Positions 13,665-26,300 of a DNA stretch of 64,000 bases are shown one piece after another (positions within the stretch are counted from its first letter, which is position 1; every line of letters starts with the position of its first letter). A program made the position numbers and the translations under genes. The notes under the pieces are model-generated. The model was not told where the DNA came from and searched no databases. It saw only the letters and a list, made by a program, of their open reading frames with translations. Origin of the DNA: Anaeramoeba ignava BMAN (lineage: Eukaryota; Protista; Anaeramoebae); contig JAPDFW010000103.1 in assembly GCA_028826165.1 (NCBI GenBank), positions 558,001 to 622,000 of the forward strand, given 5' to 3'.

Positions 13665-15470
13665 AAAATTTAATTTTATATTAATTTATAAATAAATTAT
13701 TATTTAATTATTATTAAAAATATTAATATAATTTTAATTAAATATTTTATTCAATTTTTTATTTAAATTTAAGTTTATTTTAAATTATAATTAATTTATA
13801 TTTTATTTTAAAATTTAATTTTATATTAATTTATAAATAAATTGTTATTAAATATTATTAAAAATATTAATATAATTTTAATTAAATATTTTAATCAATT
13901 TTTTATTTAAATTTAAATTTATTTTAAATTATAATTAATTTATATTTTATTTTAAAATTTAATTTTATATTAATTTATAAATAAATTATTATTAATTATT
14001 ATTAAAAATATTATTATAATTTTAAATTAAATATTTTATTCAATTTTTATTTAAATTTAAGTTTATTTTAAATTATAATTAATTTATATTTTATTTTAAA
14101 ATTTAATTTTATATTAATTTATAAATAAATTATTATTAAATTATAATTAAAAAATATTAATATAATTTTTAATTAAATATTTTAATCAATTTTTATTTAA
14201 ATTTAAATTTATTTTTAAATTATAATTAATTAATATTTTGTTTTAAAATTTAATTTTATATTAATTTATAAATAAATTATTATTAAATATTATTAAAAAT
14301 ATTAATATAATTTTAATTAATATTTTATTCAATTTTTATTTAAATTTAAGTTTATTCTAAATTATAATTAATTTATATTTTGTTTTTAAATTTAATTTTA
14401 TATTAATTTATAAATAAATTATTAATAAATATTATTAAAAATATTATTATAATTTTTAATTAAATATTTTAATCAATTTTTATTTAAATTTAAGTTTATT
14501 TTAAATTATAATTAATTTATATTTTATTTTAAAATTTAATTTTTATATTAATTTATAAATAAATTATTATTAAATATTATTAAAAATATTAATATAATTT
14601 TAATTAAATATTTTATTCAATTTTTATTTTAAATTTAAATTTATTTTAAATTATAATTAATTTATATTTTATTTTTAAATTTAATTTTTTATATTAATTT
14701 ATAAATAAATTATTAATAAATATTATTAAAAATATTAATAAAATTTTAATTAAATATTTTAATCAATTTTTATTTAAATTTAAATTTATTTTAAATTATA
14801 ATTAATTAATATTTTATTTTAAAATTTAATTTTATATTAATTTATAAATAAATTATTATTAAATTATAATTAAAAATATTAATATAATTTTTAATTAATA
14901 TTTTATTCAATTTTTATTTAAATTTAAGTTTATTTTAAATTATAATTAATTAATATTTTGTTTTTAAATTTAATTTTATATTAATTTATAAATAAATTAT
15001 TATAAATATAATTAAAAATATTAATATAATTTAAATTAAATATTTTATTCAATTTTTATTTAAATTTAAGTTTATTTTAAATTATAATTAATTAATATTT
15101 TGTTTTTAAAATTTAATTTTATATTAATTTATAAATAAATTATTAATAAATATTATTAAAAATATTAATATAATTTTAATTAAATATTTTATTCAATTTT
15201 TATTTAAAATTTAAATTTATTTTTAAATTATAATTAATTTTATTTTTAAATTTAATTTTATATTAATTTATAAATAAATTATTATTAAATTATTATTAAA
15301 AATATTAATATAATTTTAATTAAATATTTTATTTAATTTTTTATTTAAATTTAAATTTATTTTAAATTATAATTAATTTATATTTTATTTTTAAATTTAA
15401 TTTTATATTAATTTACAAATAAATTATTATTAAATTATTATTAAAAATATTAATAAAATTTAAATTAGAA
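13665..15470. repeat. ~145-bp almost pure-AT tandem satellite, ~12 copies
   Basis: The anchor ttaatttataaataaatt recurs at 13681, 13826 and onward with ~145-nt spacing. Confidence 0.9.
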
Positions 15471-15516
15471 AATTAAAAAAATTTTTCTTTTTATTTTTAA
15501 AATGTAAAAAAAAAAA

Positions 15517-18500
15517 TCATTTTTCAATTAAATTTTCAATAAAATCGAAAACAAAAGGAGTTAAAGTTTTAGTAGTATCATAATGAAGAAGAACATCACG
15601 AATATCTTCAAAATTTCTTGAAATATAACTACGAATATAAGCTAAAGATTCTTGAATTTGAGAATTTGATAAAGGTTTAAATTCTTGAATCCAAATATTT
15701 TTCCGATTTGGAATTTGAATCAATTCATGATAAAGTCTAGTAACATAAACTGAAGTTTGAGCAATAAAGGAATTTAAACAAACAAGATTTCCAACTGTTA
15801 TTTCTGTTTGATTTGCGATATTTTGGATAATTTTCGAAATTAAAACAAGATTCTTTCTTGTTGTTATATCAACTTTTTCCTTTTCAATAATTCCAAAAGC
15901 TTCAGGAGTTGCAATTGCAGGTACAAAAAATCGAAGGAAAATGAAGCTATTGATTGCTCTAAAAGTTGCAAGAGGATATATTCTCTTGATTGTTTTGTCT
16001 ATCCATGAAGCTATCTCAAAAAATGGAACTGGAATTTGATTTAATGATCCTATTATTTTTGAAATGAATTCACTTGATATTGTTATAATTGCGTTTTTAT
16101 TTCTTTCTGCTGCTTCTTTTCCAACTCGATCGGAATCTACTTCTAAATATGTTTTGATTTGACGTACGCTTGCTATTAAGGAACTTATTGTTTCTTTTAA
16201 ATATGCTTCTCCAACCATATGTGAATATACTCCTAATGCTTTTGAAGGGAAAGTTGATGATCTAAATAATGAAATATCGGTAGCTATTTATTTTATAAAA
16301 ATAAATTTAAATTTAAATATTTGATTTATAAATTTAAATATTTGATTTATAAATTTAAATAATTGATTTAAATATTTTATTTAAATATTTGATTTGAATA
16401 TTTAATTTAAATATTTGATTTAAATAATTGATTTAAATATTTGATTTAAATATTTAATTTAAATATTTGATTTAAATATTTAATTTAAATATATTGATTT
16501 AAATATTTGATTTAAATATTTGATTTATAAATTTAAATAATTGATTTAAATAATTGATTTAAATATTTGATTTAAATATTAGATTTAAATATTTGATTTA
16601 AATATTTTATTTAAATATTTGATTTAAATAATTGATTTAAATATTTGATTTAAATAATTGATTTAAATATATGATTTAAATATTTGATTTAAATATATGA
16701 TTTAAATATTTGATTTAAATATTTAATTTAAATATTTGATTTAAATAATTGATTTAAATATTTGATTTGGAAATTTAAATAAATATTTGATTTAAATAAT
16801 TGATTTATAAATTTAAATATTACTCTTTTCAACTGTAATTTCTTGATGAATTAATGCTCTAATTAATTGATGTGCTTTGTTTTTTGAATAAAATGAATAA
16901 ACTAATGCTTGTGCTAAAGATGTTCCTGTTTCAAATCCTTTTTCATAAATTCTTGTTGAATCATTTTCTATAATTGCTGATGCTAAAATCATTCTATTAT
17001 CAACTAAAAGATTATGAAGAATAATATTATCAGGATCTTTATAACATAATTGCTTAATAATACTAATATAATTATTCTATTAAAGAAATATTTTTAATTT
17101 GATTTTAATTTAAATTTTAATTTTGATTTTGATTTTAATTTTAATTTTACATTCAATGCTCTTTTTCTTTTAAGAATTTCAGAAACCCAAATATCTTTTT
17201 CAGTTTCAAAAGAAACTTTAATTTGAATAGTTTTTCCAGTATAAGAATCACGAATAAGAAAAATTTTATTAAAATCTAATTGTTCATCTTGAATAGATTT
17301 TTCATTTGAAACAATTTTCTTTGATTTAAGAGGAGTTGAAGGAAGAGATTGAGCCCTTTTTTCTTGAGTTAATTTAAACCTAGCATTGAAATTAGTATTA
17401 GTAATCAATTTTGATTCCAAAACATTTTTTTGGAAAACTGAAATATCTTTAAGTTTAAGTGATCCAATTTTTTCTATTTTTTCACTTGATTTATAAAATT
17501 CAATTTCATCTAAAGTTAAAACTAAATAAAAATTTTCCCAAATTTGAAGTGATTGATTTTTTTCATCAAGATTTGTTGGAATTTTAAGACGTGATTTTTT
17601 GAGATTAGCTGATAATTTTTCTTGTTGAAATTGTTGAGATTGAATATATCTTCTTCTTGTTGTAATTTGAACTGATCCTTCTTTTTGTTTATTTAAAACT
17701 TTAATTGCTTTTTCATATTCATTAATTTTTTCAATTTCTTGATTTTCTTTTTCTTTTTCTTGATCAATAAATTCATTTTGTTGTGAAATTTCACGAATTG
17801 CTGGTGTTATAAATATTGGTGAATATAATGCTGATAATTGAACTAATGCATCATTTTTAAATTTGTAATTATGTTTCCAATAACCAATTAAAGATCTCCA
17901 AATTGAAACAACATTTGGATCAGGAATAAATTTTAAAAATTCATTAAAACTTGGTTTTTCTCCTTTTGAAAGATATTTTATAAGAAAAGAACAAGGTAAA
18001 AGGTCTAAAACAAAACCAAGAAAAAGAATTTATATTTATATTTTGATTTTGATTTTAATTTTGATTTTGATTTTGATTTTAATTTTGATTTTAATTTTGA
18101 TTTTGATTTTAGTTTTAATTTTAATTTTAATTTTAATTTTAATTTTAAATTTTAATTTTAATTTTGATTTTAATTTTGATTTTAATTTTGAATTTTAATT
18201 TTAGTTTTGATTTTAATTTTAATTTTAATTTTAATTTTAATTTTAATTTTAATTTTAATTTTAATTTTAATTTTAATTTTGATTTTAATTTTAATTTTGA
18301 TTTTAAATTTTAATTTTAATTTTAATTTTGATTTTGATTTTGATTTTAATTTTGATTTTAATTTTGATTTTAATTTTGATTTTGATTTTGATTTTGATTT
18401 TAATTTTAATTTTAATTTTAATTTTAATTTTAATTTTAATTTTAATTTTGAATTTGATTTTAAATTTTAATTTTAATTTTTAATTTTGATTTTAATTTTA

Positions 18501-19350
18501 ATTTTAATTTTGATTTTAATTTTAAATTTGATTTTGATTTTGATTTTAAATTAATTTTAAATTACCATCATTTGGAATTGTTTGTAAAATCTCTATTAAA
18601 ATACTTTCACAAAATAAAAGATCAAATTCTTTAAGACTTTTGCCTTGTAAAGAAAGTCTTTTGTGTTTTAAATTGTGTTTTAAATTGTGTTTTAAATTGT
18701 GTTATAAATTGTGTTTTAAATTGTGTTTTAAATTGTGTTATAAAATTATTTAGAAATTAAATGAGAAATTTGGTAAGAATTTGTGCTTTGAAAGAAAAAA
18801 AAAAATTTTTTTTATATAAATAATTTAATTACTTAATTAATTCAGTAATTTTTGTATTTCCTTTATGTGAACTAATTAAATCAGCAGTTAAATAATAAGT
18901 TCTTTTTTTAGATAATTGATGGCATAATTGATGCACAATCATTGAACGATGTTCAAGAAAAAAACTCCTAAATAAAACAGTTCTTTCTTCTCTTTCAAAA
19001 AGAATTTCTCGAACAATCGATTTCTTATCTCTTATTGCAAGTGTTGAATTTTTAAGCAGAAAATCATCTCCAACTCCATCAAGATGACTCCATAAAATTT
19101 GCTTTTCAATCGGAATTTCTGAATTTAATTCTGGATTTAATTCCAAATTGGAATTTGAATTGGTTTTTGATAATTTTGATTTAATTTTGTTTTGTAACAT
19201 TTGTCTTAAATTATCTAGTTCTTCTCTTTGCTTTCTAAATCCTGTTTCAAATGAAAATCCTTGTGGAGAACTTCCTAAATTCCAACTTCCAACTCGATGT
19301 AATTGTGATTTAAAAAATACATTGTTTTGAATTGCTTTTTTTTGTTCCAT
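15517..19350 (-). CDS. RasGAP protein with an N-terminal degenerate RhoGAP-like domain and a PH domain
   Basis: Exons 19350-18833, 18657-18566, 18004-17151, 17076-16824 and 16283-15517 join in frame. RasGAP Arg finger 'LFRSSTFPSKA' and signature 'FLRFFVPAIATP', 'LVLISKIIQNIAN'. PH motifs 'WENFYLVLT...EFYKS' and 'EKDIWVSEI'. Confidence 0.85.
16310..16820. repeat. (ATTTGATTTAAAT)n minisatellite in the last RasGAP intron
   Basis: Tandem 13-14-nt units; reverse complement of the INTS1 intron 1 repeat. Confidence 0.85.
18035..18560. repeat. (TTTTAA/TTTTGA)n microsatellite in RasGAP intron 2
   Basis: Hexamer run. Confidence 0.9.
18661..18745. repeat. (TTGTGTTTTAAA)n 12-mer repeat in RasGAP intron 1
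   Basis: About 7 copies visible. Confidence 0.85.
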
Positions 19351-19595
19351 TTTTTTTTTCTAATTGAATTTTTTTTTTTGCTCTTTTTTCGTTGGTTTTT
19401 TGAAAGCTTTTTATTTTTGTTTTTTTTTTGAGTTAAGTTGATATAATATAATATAAAAAAAAAAAGGAAAAAAATGAATTTTAAAAAAAATTGAAAAAAA
19501 AAAAAAAAAGAATTTAAAAAAATTGATCAAAAAAAAAGGAAAAAAAAATAAAAATTAATTCAAAACAATTCAAAAATTAAAATTAAAATTTTTAG

Positions 19596-19717
19596 ATAAT
19601 CGAAATTTTATTAAGAAATTAAATGGAGTGAATTTAGTTCAAAAAATTCTTGATAATTTTCCTGATCATGAAGGAATACAAAAAATAGGAAATCAAACAT
19701 TAGAAATTCTTCGTTAA
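19596..19717 (+). pseudogene. Orphan terminal exon encoding an ARM-repeat-like peptide
   Basis: Acceptor TTTTAG, then (D)NRNFIKKLNGVNLVQKILDNFPDHEGIQKIGNQTLEILR*. Composition looks coding; no upstream exon identified. Confidence 0.45.
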
Positions 19718-19824
19718 TTTATTTTCAAAAAAAACAACAACAAAAAATGGAACAAAATGGAATTCTTCTTTTTTTTTCTTTCTTTCTTTCTTTTCAAAAT
19801 AAAATCAAAAAACAAAATAGGAAT

Positions 19825-20395
19825 TAAATTTTTGATTATTTTTTTTATTTAATTTTTTATTTTTTTGAATTATTTTTGATTATTTTTTTTATTTAATTTT
19901 TTATTTTTTGGATTATTTTTGATTATTTTTTTTTATTTAATTTTTTATTTTTTGGATTATTTTTTGATTATTTTTTTTTATTTAATTTTTTATTTTGGAA
20001 TTAATTTTGATTATTTTTTTTATTTAATTTTTTATTTTTTGAATTATTTTTTGATTATTTTTTTTATTTAATTTTTATTTTTGAATTATTTTTGATTATT
20101 TTTATTTAATTTTTCTTTTTGGATTAATTTTGGATTATTTTTATTTAATTTTTCTTTTTGGATTATTTTTGATTATTTTTGTTTAATTTTTATTTTTGAA
20201 TTATTTTTTGATTATTTTTTTATTTAATTTTTTATATTTTGGGATTATTTTTTGATTATTTTTTTTATTTAATTTTTTATTTTTTGAATTATTTTTTGAT
20301 TATTTTTTTTATTTTATTTTGGAATTATTTTTTTTAATTTTTTATTTTTGAATTACTTTTGTTTAAAATTTTTTATTTTTTTGAATTAATTTTGA
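19825..20395. repeat. ~35-40-bp T-rich tandem repeat
   Basis: Units of ttttgattattttttttatttaattttttattttttgaatta abutting the RNF213-like stop codon. Confidence 0.85.
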
Positions 20396-23300
20396 TTATT
20401 TTTTATTTAAGCAAAATTCATAAATTTTAACTGAAAATTTAATTTCAATATCTTCTTGTATATTTTCTTTAATTGATTTTGCTAATTCATTAAATCCTTT
20501 TGATTTTGCTTCTTTTTCTAAACAATCTTTAAGAAGATCATCTTCTTTGAAAATTTGAGGTGAACTAACTAATTTCTGAAAGAAAGTTTGGAAAATCATT
20601 AATAATTTTGTTAAACCAATTTCTTTTATAAATTCTCTAAAATTATCTAAATGATTTGCTTGAGGTTCTTTTTTATATTTAGGATCAATTTGTTCAATAA
20701 TATTTGTTAAATTCTTTTGAATATTTTCATAAATAGAATGTAAATGTTTGATTTTAAGATCTTCCATAATTGATTTTAATTCTTGATTATTTTTGAATAT
20801 ATTAGAAATTTCTTGTTGAGGTATGTAATTATTTGAATCAATAAATTGAGATAAACTTTGTTCAATATCTGGTTGTTTTTGTTCAGAATCGAGATCAGAA
20901 CATAAATTAATTAAATCTTCACAAATAAATGAGAAAAAAGATAATTGTGAATTTGCTTTTAAATTATCTAAAAGTTCATTAAAAATATTTGTTGGTACTT
21001 CAACTTGTTCCCATTCTATTTTCCCAAAAAAAGATGTATCTACTATAACTTTATCTTTGAATTGGAAATTTTCAACATTTATAAATATATCATATGTTAA
21101 AACACTTGGTATTAGTTTTTGTTTAATCAAATTTTCAAAATCATCAAAATTATTAATATTATGAAATTTAAGATGTTCATTAATTTCTTTAAATCCAAAA
21201 TTAAAATCAGAATCAACAACATTAGTTTCTTTGTTTGGTAAATCTACTTTAAATGGAAATAAAATATTTATTTTCTTTTTCTTAATATTTTCTTTTTCTT
21301 TTTCTTTTTCTTTTTCTTTTTCTTTTTCTTTTTCTTTAAATAAAATTGTTTTAATTTGTTGTTTTAAATCATGTTGTAATTTACAAACAAATCTGATAAT
21401 AGTTTCAATATTTATTTGGTTTTCTGGATATGGAAGAAATTTACTAATTGATGTTGTTTCATTTATTTCTTCAATTTTAATTAATTCAGTTAAATATTCA
21501 ATTTCTTTATTTTTTTCATTTTTTTCATCAATATATTTTATTTTTCTATTGAAATTAATTGCAGTTTCTTGATTAATTTCACTTAAAGAATAAATCCAAC
21601 ATTCAATAAATTCATTTTTCCATTTTTCTATATTTTCATAATTTTGATTAATTTCTTTTAAAACATCTTTAATTGTTTTGAATTTTATAGTTTCAAATTT
21701 ATGTTTCCCAGAATATTTTGAATGAATAATACTTGAAAATTTAAGAAATGATGGAAATAAATTTAGAATCTTTAATTTGGAATAATTTTCTAAAAAGAAT
21801 GAAATAATTTGATATTTCTTCTTATATTCATCAATTTCTTTTGGTTTCAAGAATTTTGAAGTTAAATTTGATATTGGATCTTTATTTAATAATAAAATTG
21901 AATCTTCAATACTGTTGTTATTTTGTTTATTTTGTTTAATCTGTAAAAGAATATCTTCATGTTTTTCTTTGAAAGTTGTTTTTAATAATTCTTTCCATTT
22001 TTCAATCTCATTTAAGTTTGAATTGATGTTTTCAGGTTTTGAAATATAAGATAAGAAGAGTGAATAATATAATTTTGTATCTATCATAGAAATATTTAAA
22101 ATATTTGATAAACTTTCCATTTCATTATAAATTAATTTTCTAAAATTTTCATCTGAATCTGTTATTTGATTTTTAATTTTTTCTTGAATTTTCTTATCAT
22201 TATCATTTCGAATTATAAGTTTATCTTTATTTTTGTGTGAATAGAATCCAACTAAATATAATAATGAATAATGAATAATTCTTGATATTCTTGTGATAAT
22301 AATTGTATCAATATCAAATAATCTAAATAAAATATTTGGTTCATTATAATTTCCTAATCCAAAAATATTACAAATTTTTCCAATTTGTTTTTGATTAAAC
22401 ATTGGTGATACAATATTTTTATTTTTTAAATATTTATGTGCTGTTTCAAATATCATAAAAGCTGAATAATCTAAAGATTCATTAGCCAAATTAATTTTAT
22501 TTTCTGAATAATGTTCTTCTACTAATTTAAAAACAGTTGAATATATTATTATTTTCATTTCATCATTGAGATTATTTTGATATTTATCTTTCATCTTTTG
22601 TATTGCTAATTTATCTGTTTTAAGTGTATCATCAATTAAATTTTGATATATTGAAAAAATTTCATTTGATATTGATTCTTTTTCTGAATTTAATTGTGGT
22701 TGTTGTAAGAAAATTTTTTTAAATTTGGTTTTTATATTTTTCTTTGAATTTTGATCTTCAATATATTTTCTTGCAAAAATATCATATTTTTCAAAAAGAT
22801 TTTCTGATATAAATTTTAGATAATGTTCTTTATAAGATTTTTTGATTGTATTTATACATTCCATTATTTCATTTTTATTATTTGATATATTAATAATATA
22901 ATAAATTTTCTCAATAAATTTTTGATAATCATCCAAAATATTAGTTGCATGATCAATTTCTGGAAAGAATATTTTCGAATCTGAATCAAATTTTGGATTT
23001 GATTTTTTGAAATATTGAAATACACTTTGTAAAAATGTGAAAGGAATAAATTTAAAATTATTTTTTTCTAATTTAAATTGTTTTCGAATATTCTCATTCT
23101 CATTAATGAATTTCTTTTCAAATTGTTCTGTTGATGAATTTATAATAATAAAAATTTGATGAAATAAAATTGTAAGTAAATTTGGTAAATAGTTTTTTTC
23201 AGTTGAAAATATTTGATTAATTTTTGTTCCATCATTTCTTAAATCTTCAATTATTTTATTGAATAAATCTTGAATTTCTTTTGTTTGATTTGTAAATTGA

Positions 23301-26300
23301 TTATATTTAAATATTAATTTGAAATAATTTTCAAAAAGAATTAATTTTTGTTGATTTGTTATTTCATTTAATTCAATAATATAATTAAAAAATTTTGTAG
23401 TTGAAATTTGATTTTGATTTTGATTTTTGAAAATTGAATTTTGTTGTTTGATAAATTTTTTTGTTTTTGTAAATGAAAGTAAAATTGAATTATTATTGAG
23501 AACTTTGAAATAAGTTTCTAACCAATTAATAAATATTTCTTCTATTTCTTTTTGTATTTTTAATATTTTTTAAATTTTCAAGAATTTCATATATTTTTTC
23601 AAGATAAATTATAAGATTTGAATAATTATCAATTTCTTCATCTTCATTATTTGTATCTTTATCTTTATCTTTATCTTTATCTTTATCTTTATCTTTATCT
23701 TTATCTTTATCTTTATCTTTATCTTTATCTTTATCTTTATCTTTATCTTTATCTTTATCTTTATCTTTATCTTTATCTTTATCTTTATCTTTATCTTTAT
23801 CTTTATCTTTATCTTTCTCATTATCATTATCATTTTCATCATCATTTTCATTATCATTTTCATCATCATTTTCATCATCATTTTCATCATCATCATCATT
23901 TTCATCATCATTTTTATTATCATTTTCATCATTATTTTCATTGTTATTGTTATTGTTATTGTTTTCATTATCAATAAATTCTTTAATATTTTGAATTGTT
24001 ATTTTAGAAAATTCAATTATATTCAAAATTTCATTTGTTTTAGATTTAATTTTTGGTATTAATTTTTGAATAAATTGGAAAATATTATTGATTTGGGAAA
24101 TTTGTTTTAATTCTTTAATAGGAATTTTTTGTATAATTTCTTTCAATGATAACTCAATCAAATCTATTTTTTCATCATTAAAATAATCAATAAATTTTTC
24201 ATAATCATTTTCATAATATTTATCATATATATTTTTTTCATTTTCATTAAATGTTATATTTTTGAAATCTTCTAAAAATAATTTAAGGAAATATTTTGAT
24301 AAATCATTATTATCATTTTTATAATATTCTGAAACCAAATTTTTAAAAGAACTTTGTACTTTCATTAAATTTTGATTTTGATTTTGATTTTGATTTTGAT
24401 TTGTTATTAATAATTTTGAATAAAATTGATAGAAAAATGGGAATTTTGAATTATTAAATTGATATTTAACAATTTTTAATATAGGTTTAATTTTAATTTT
24501 TTCCAATACATTTTCCCAAAATATTTTCACTTCTTTCTTTTCATTTTCATTTAATTTAATTTTGAAGTTATCATTAACCATAATTTGACTAAAGAAAATT
24601 GAAAGAATACTTTTAACTTTTCTTCTAAATTCTAATTGAATAAATGAATTGAATGATTCAAAATTTTGTTTTGATGATGAATGTTTTTGTTGAATTAATT
24701 TATTCCTATCCCATTCATATAAATTTATTCCCTTTTCTTTTCCTTTTTCAATCATATTTTGTAATTTTTTATAAAGTATTGTTCCATCTTCCATTTCATT
24801 CTTAATAAAATTTATTGCATTTTCTATTTGATCATGTTTCATAAATGAAAGTAAAGATGATTGTAAAATAGATTCAATAATTTTCTCCCAATTATTTTTA
24901 ATATCAATCTGTAATAAATCTTTTTCTTGTTGTTTTTGTTTTTGTTCTTCTTTTTGTTTTTGTTCTTCTTTTTGTTTTTGTTCTTGTTCTTGTTTTTGTT
25001 CTTTTTGTAAATTTGATAAAATTGATAGTTTAAAATAAGGTTCGTAAATATTATCAATATAATAATATTCCCAATTATTTTCAAATAAGAAAGAAAAATC
25101 TGTATTAGTTTCTTCAGTTGATGAAAGATGAACAAGAAAGAGGAAATAATAATTTTCAATTTGTTTTTTCATTTTCTCATTTTTCATTTCCTTTTTTTTT
25201 GTTTTCTCATTTTTTGTTTTAAATAAAGAATCAATAATATATTTAAATTGATGGAAAATAATTTGTGATAATATTTTGGGTGTGAAATGAATTATTATAA
25301 GATTTTTCTCTTCTTTTTTCTCTTCTTTTTTCTCTTCTTTTTTCTCTTTGTTTTCGTTTTCATTTTCGTTTTTGTTATGGAGAATAATATCTTTAATCTT
25401 TTTTTTAAATTCTTTATCACTTTCATAATCTGTAAATTCAAGTTCTTCTACATTAAAATTTTTAATTTCAAGTTTTTCTTTGCTTTTTAATAAATCTGCT
25501 GCTGATGTAAGAACTATTGATCTTTGAACTTTTGAATCTTTATCTTTTGGTAATATAAATTTTTGAATTAAAGAATTTAAATCTTTACAATATTCATTCA
25601 TATATTCTTTGAATATTTCTATTAATAAATCTTTATCTGTTTTTTGTAAATTTTCTCCTTTATTTTTGATAAACAATTCAATAAAAAGTATTTTCTCCAA
25701 TTTACAAATTCTAATCCATTGTTTTTTAAATTGTTGTTTAAATTGTTTCATTTCTTTTTCATTTTCATCTTTAAATTGTTTTTTGATAGAGTATTGATAT
25801 TTAAGTGTAAGTGAATATAATAAATCATCATTATAACAAGGAAATAAATCATTTTTTCTTATTTCGGTTAATCCACAAATGTTCTTAATTATATCTTTTT
25901 GTTCTTTATAGAAATGTTCTGATGTTTTTTCAATAAATTCTTTTGGTTTAACTAAATATTTTTCAAATCGATTTAAAATTGTTGGTGTTTCTTTTGCATA
26001 AGCATATTCTTTTTCAATAATACTAATACATTTGAAATTAGGATGAACTTTCACATTTGAAGTAATATTACCAAATGATATTTGTGTATAATAATCATTT
26101 CCTTCTTTTCTGAAATTTAAATTTAATAAATCATATAAAGAAGGATATAAATTTTCATTATTAATTAAAATAACAGTTTTTCCTTCTCGAACATAATTTT
26201 GAATTTTGTTTAAATCTTTAACAATTCTAATAGATTTTTGATCTTTATATAAAGATGATCCAAATAATATATTATAATCTTGTTCATTTATCATTTCAAT

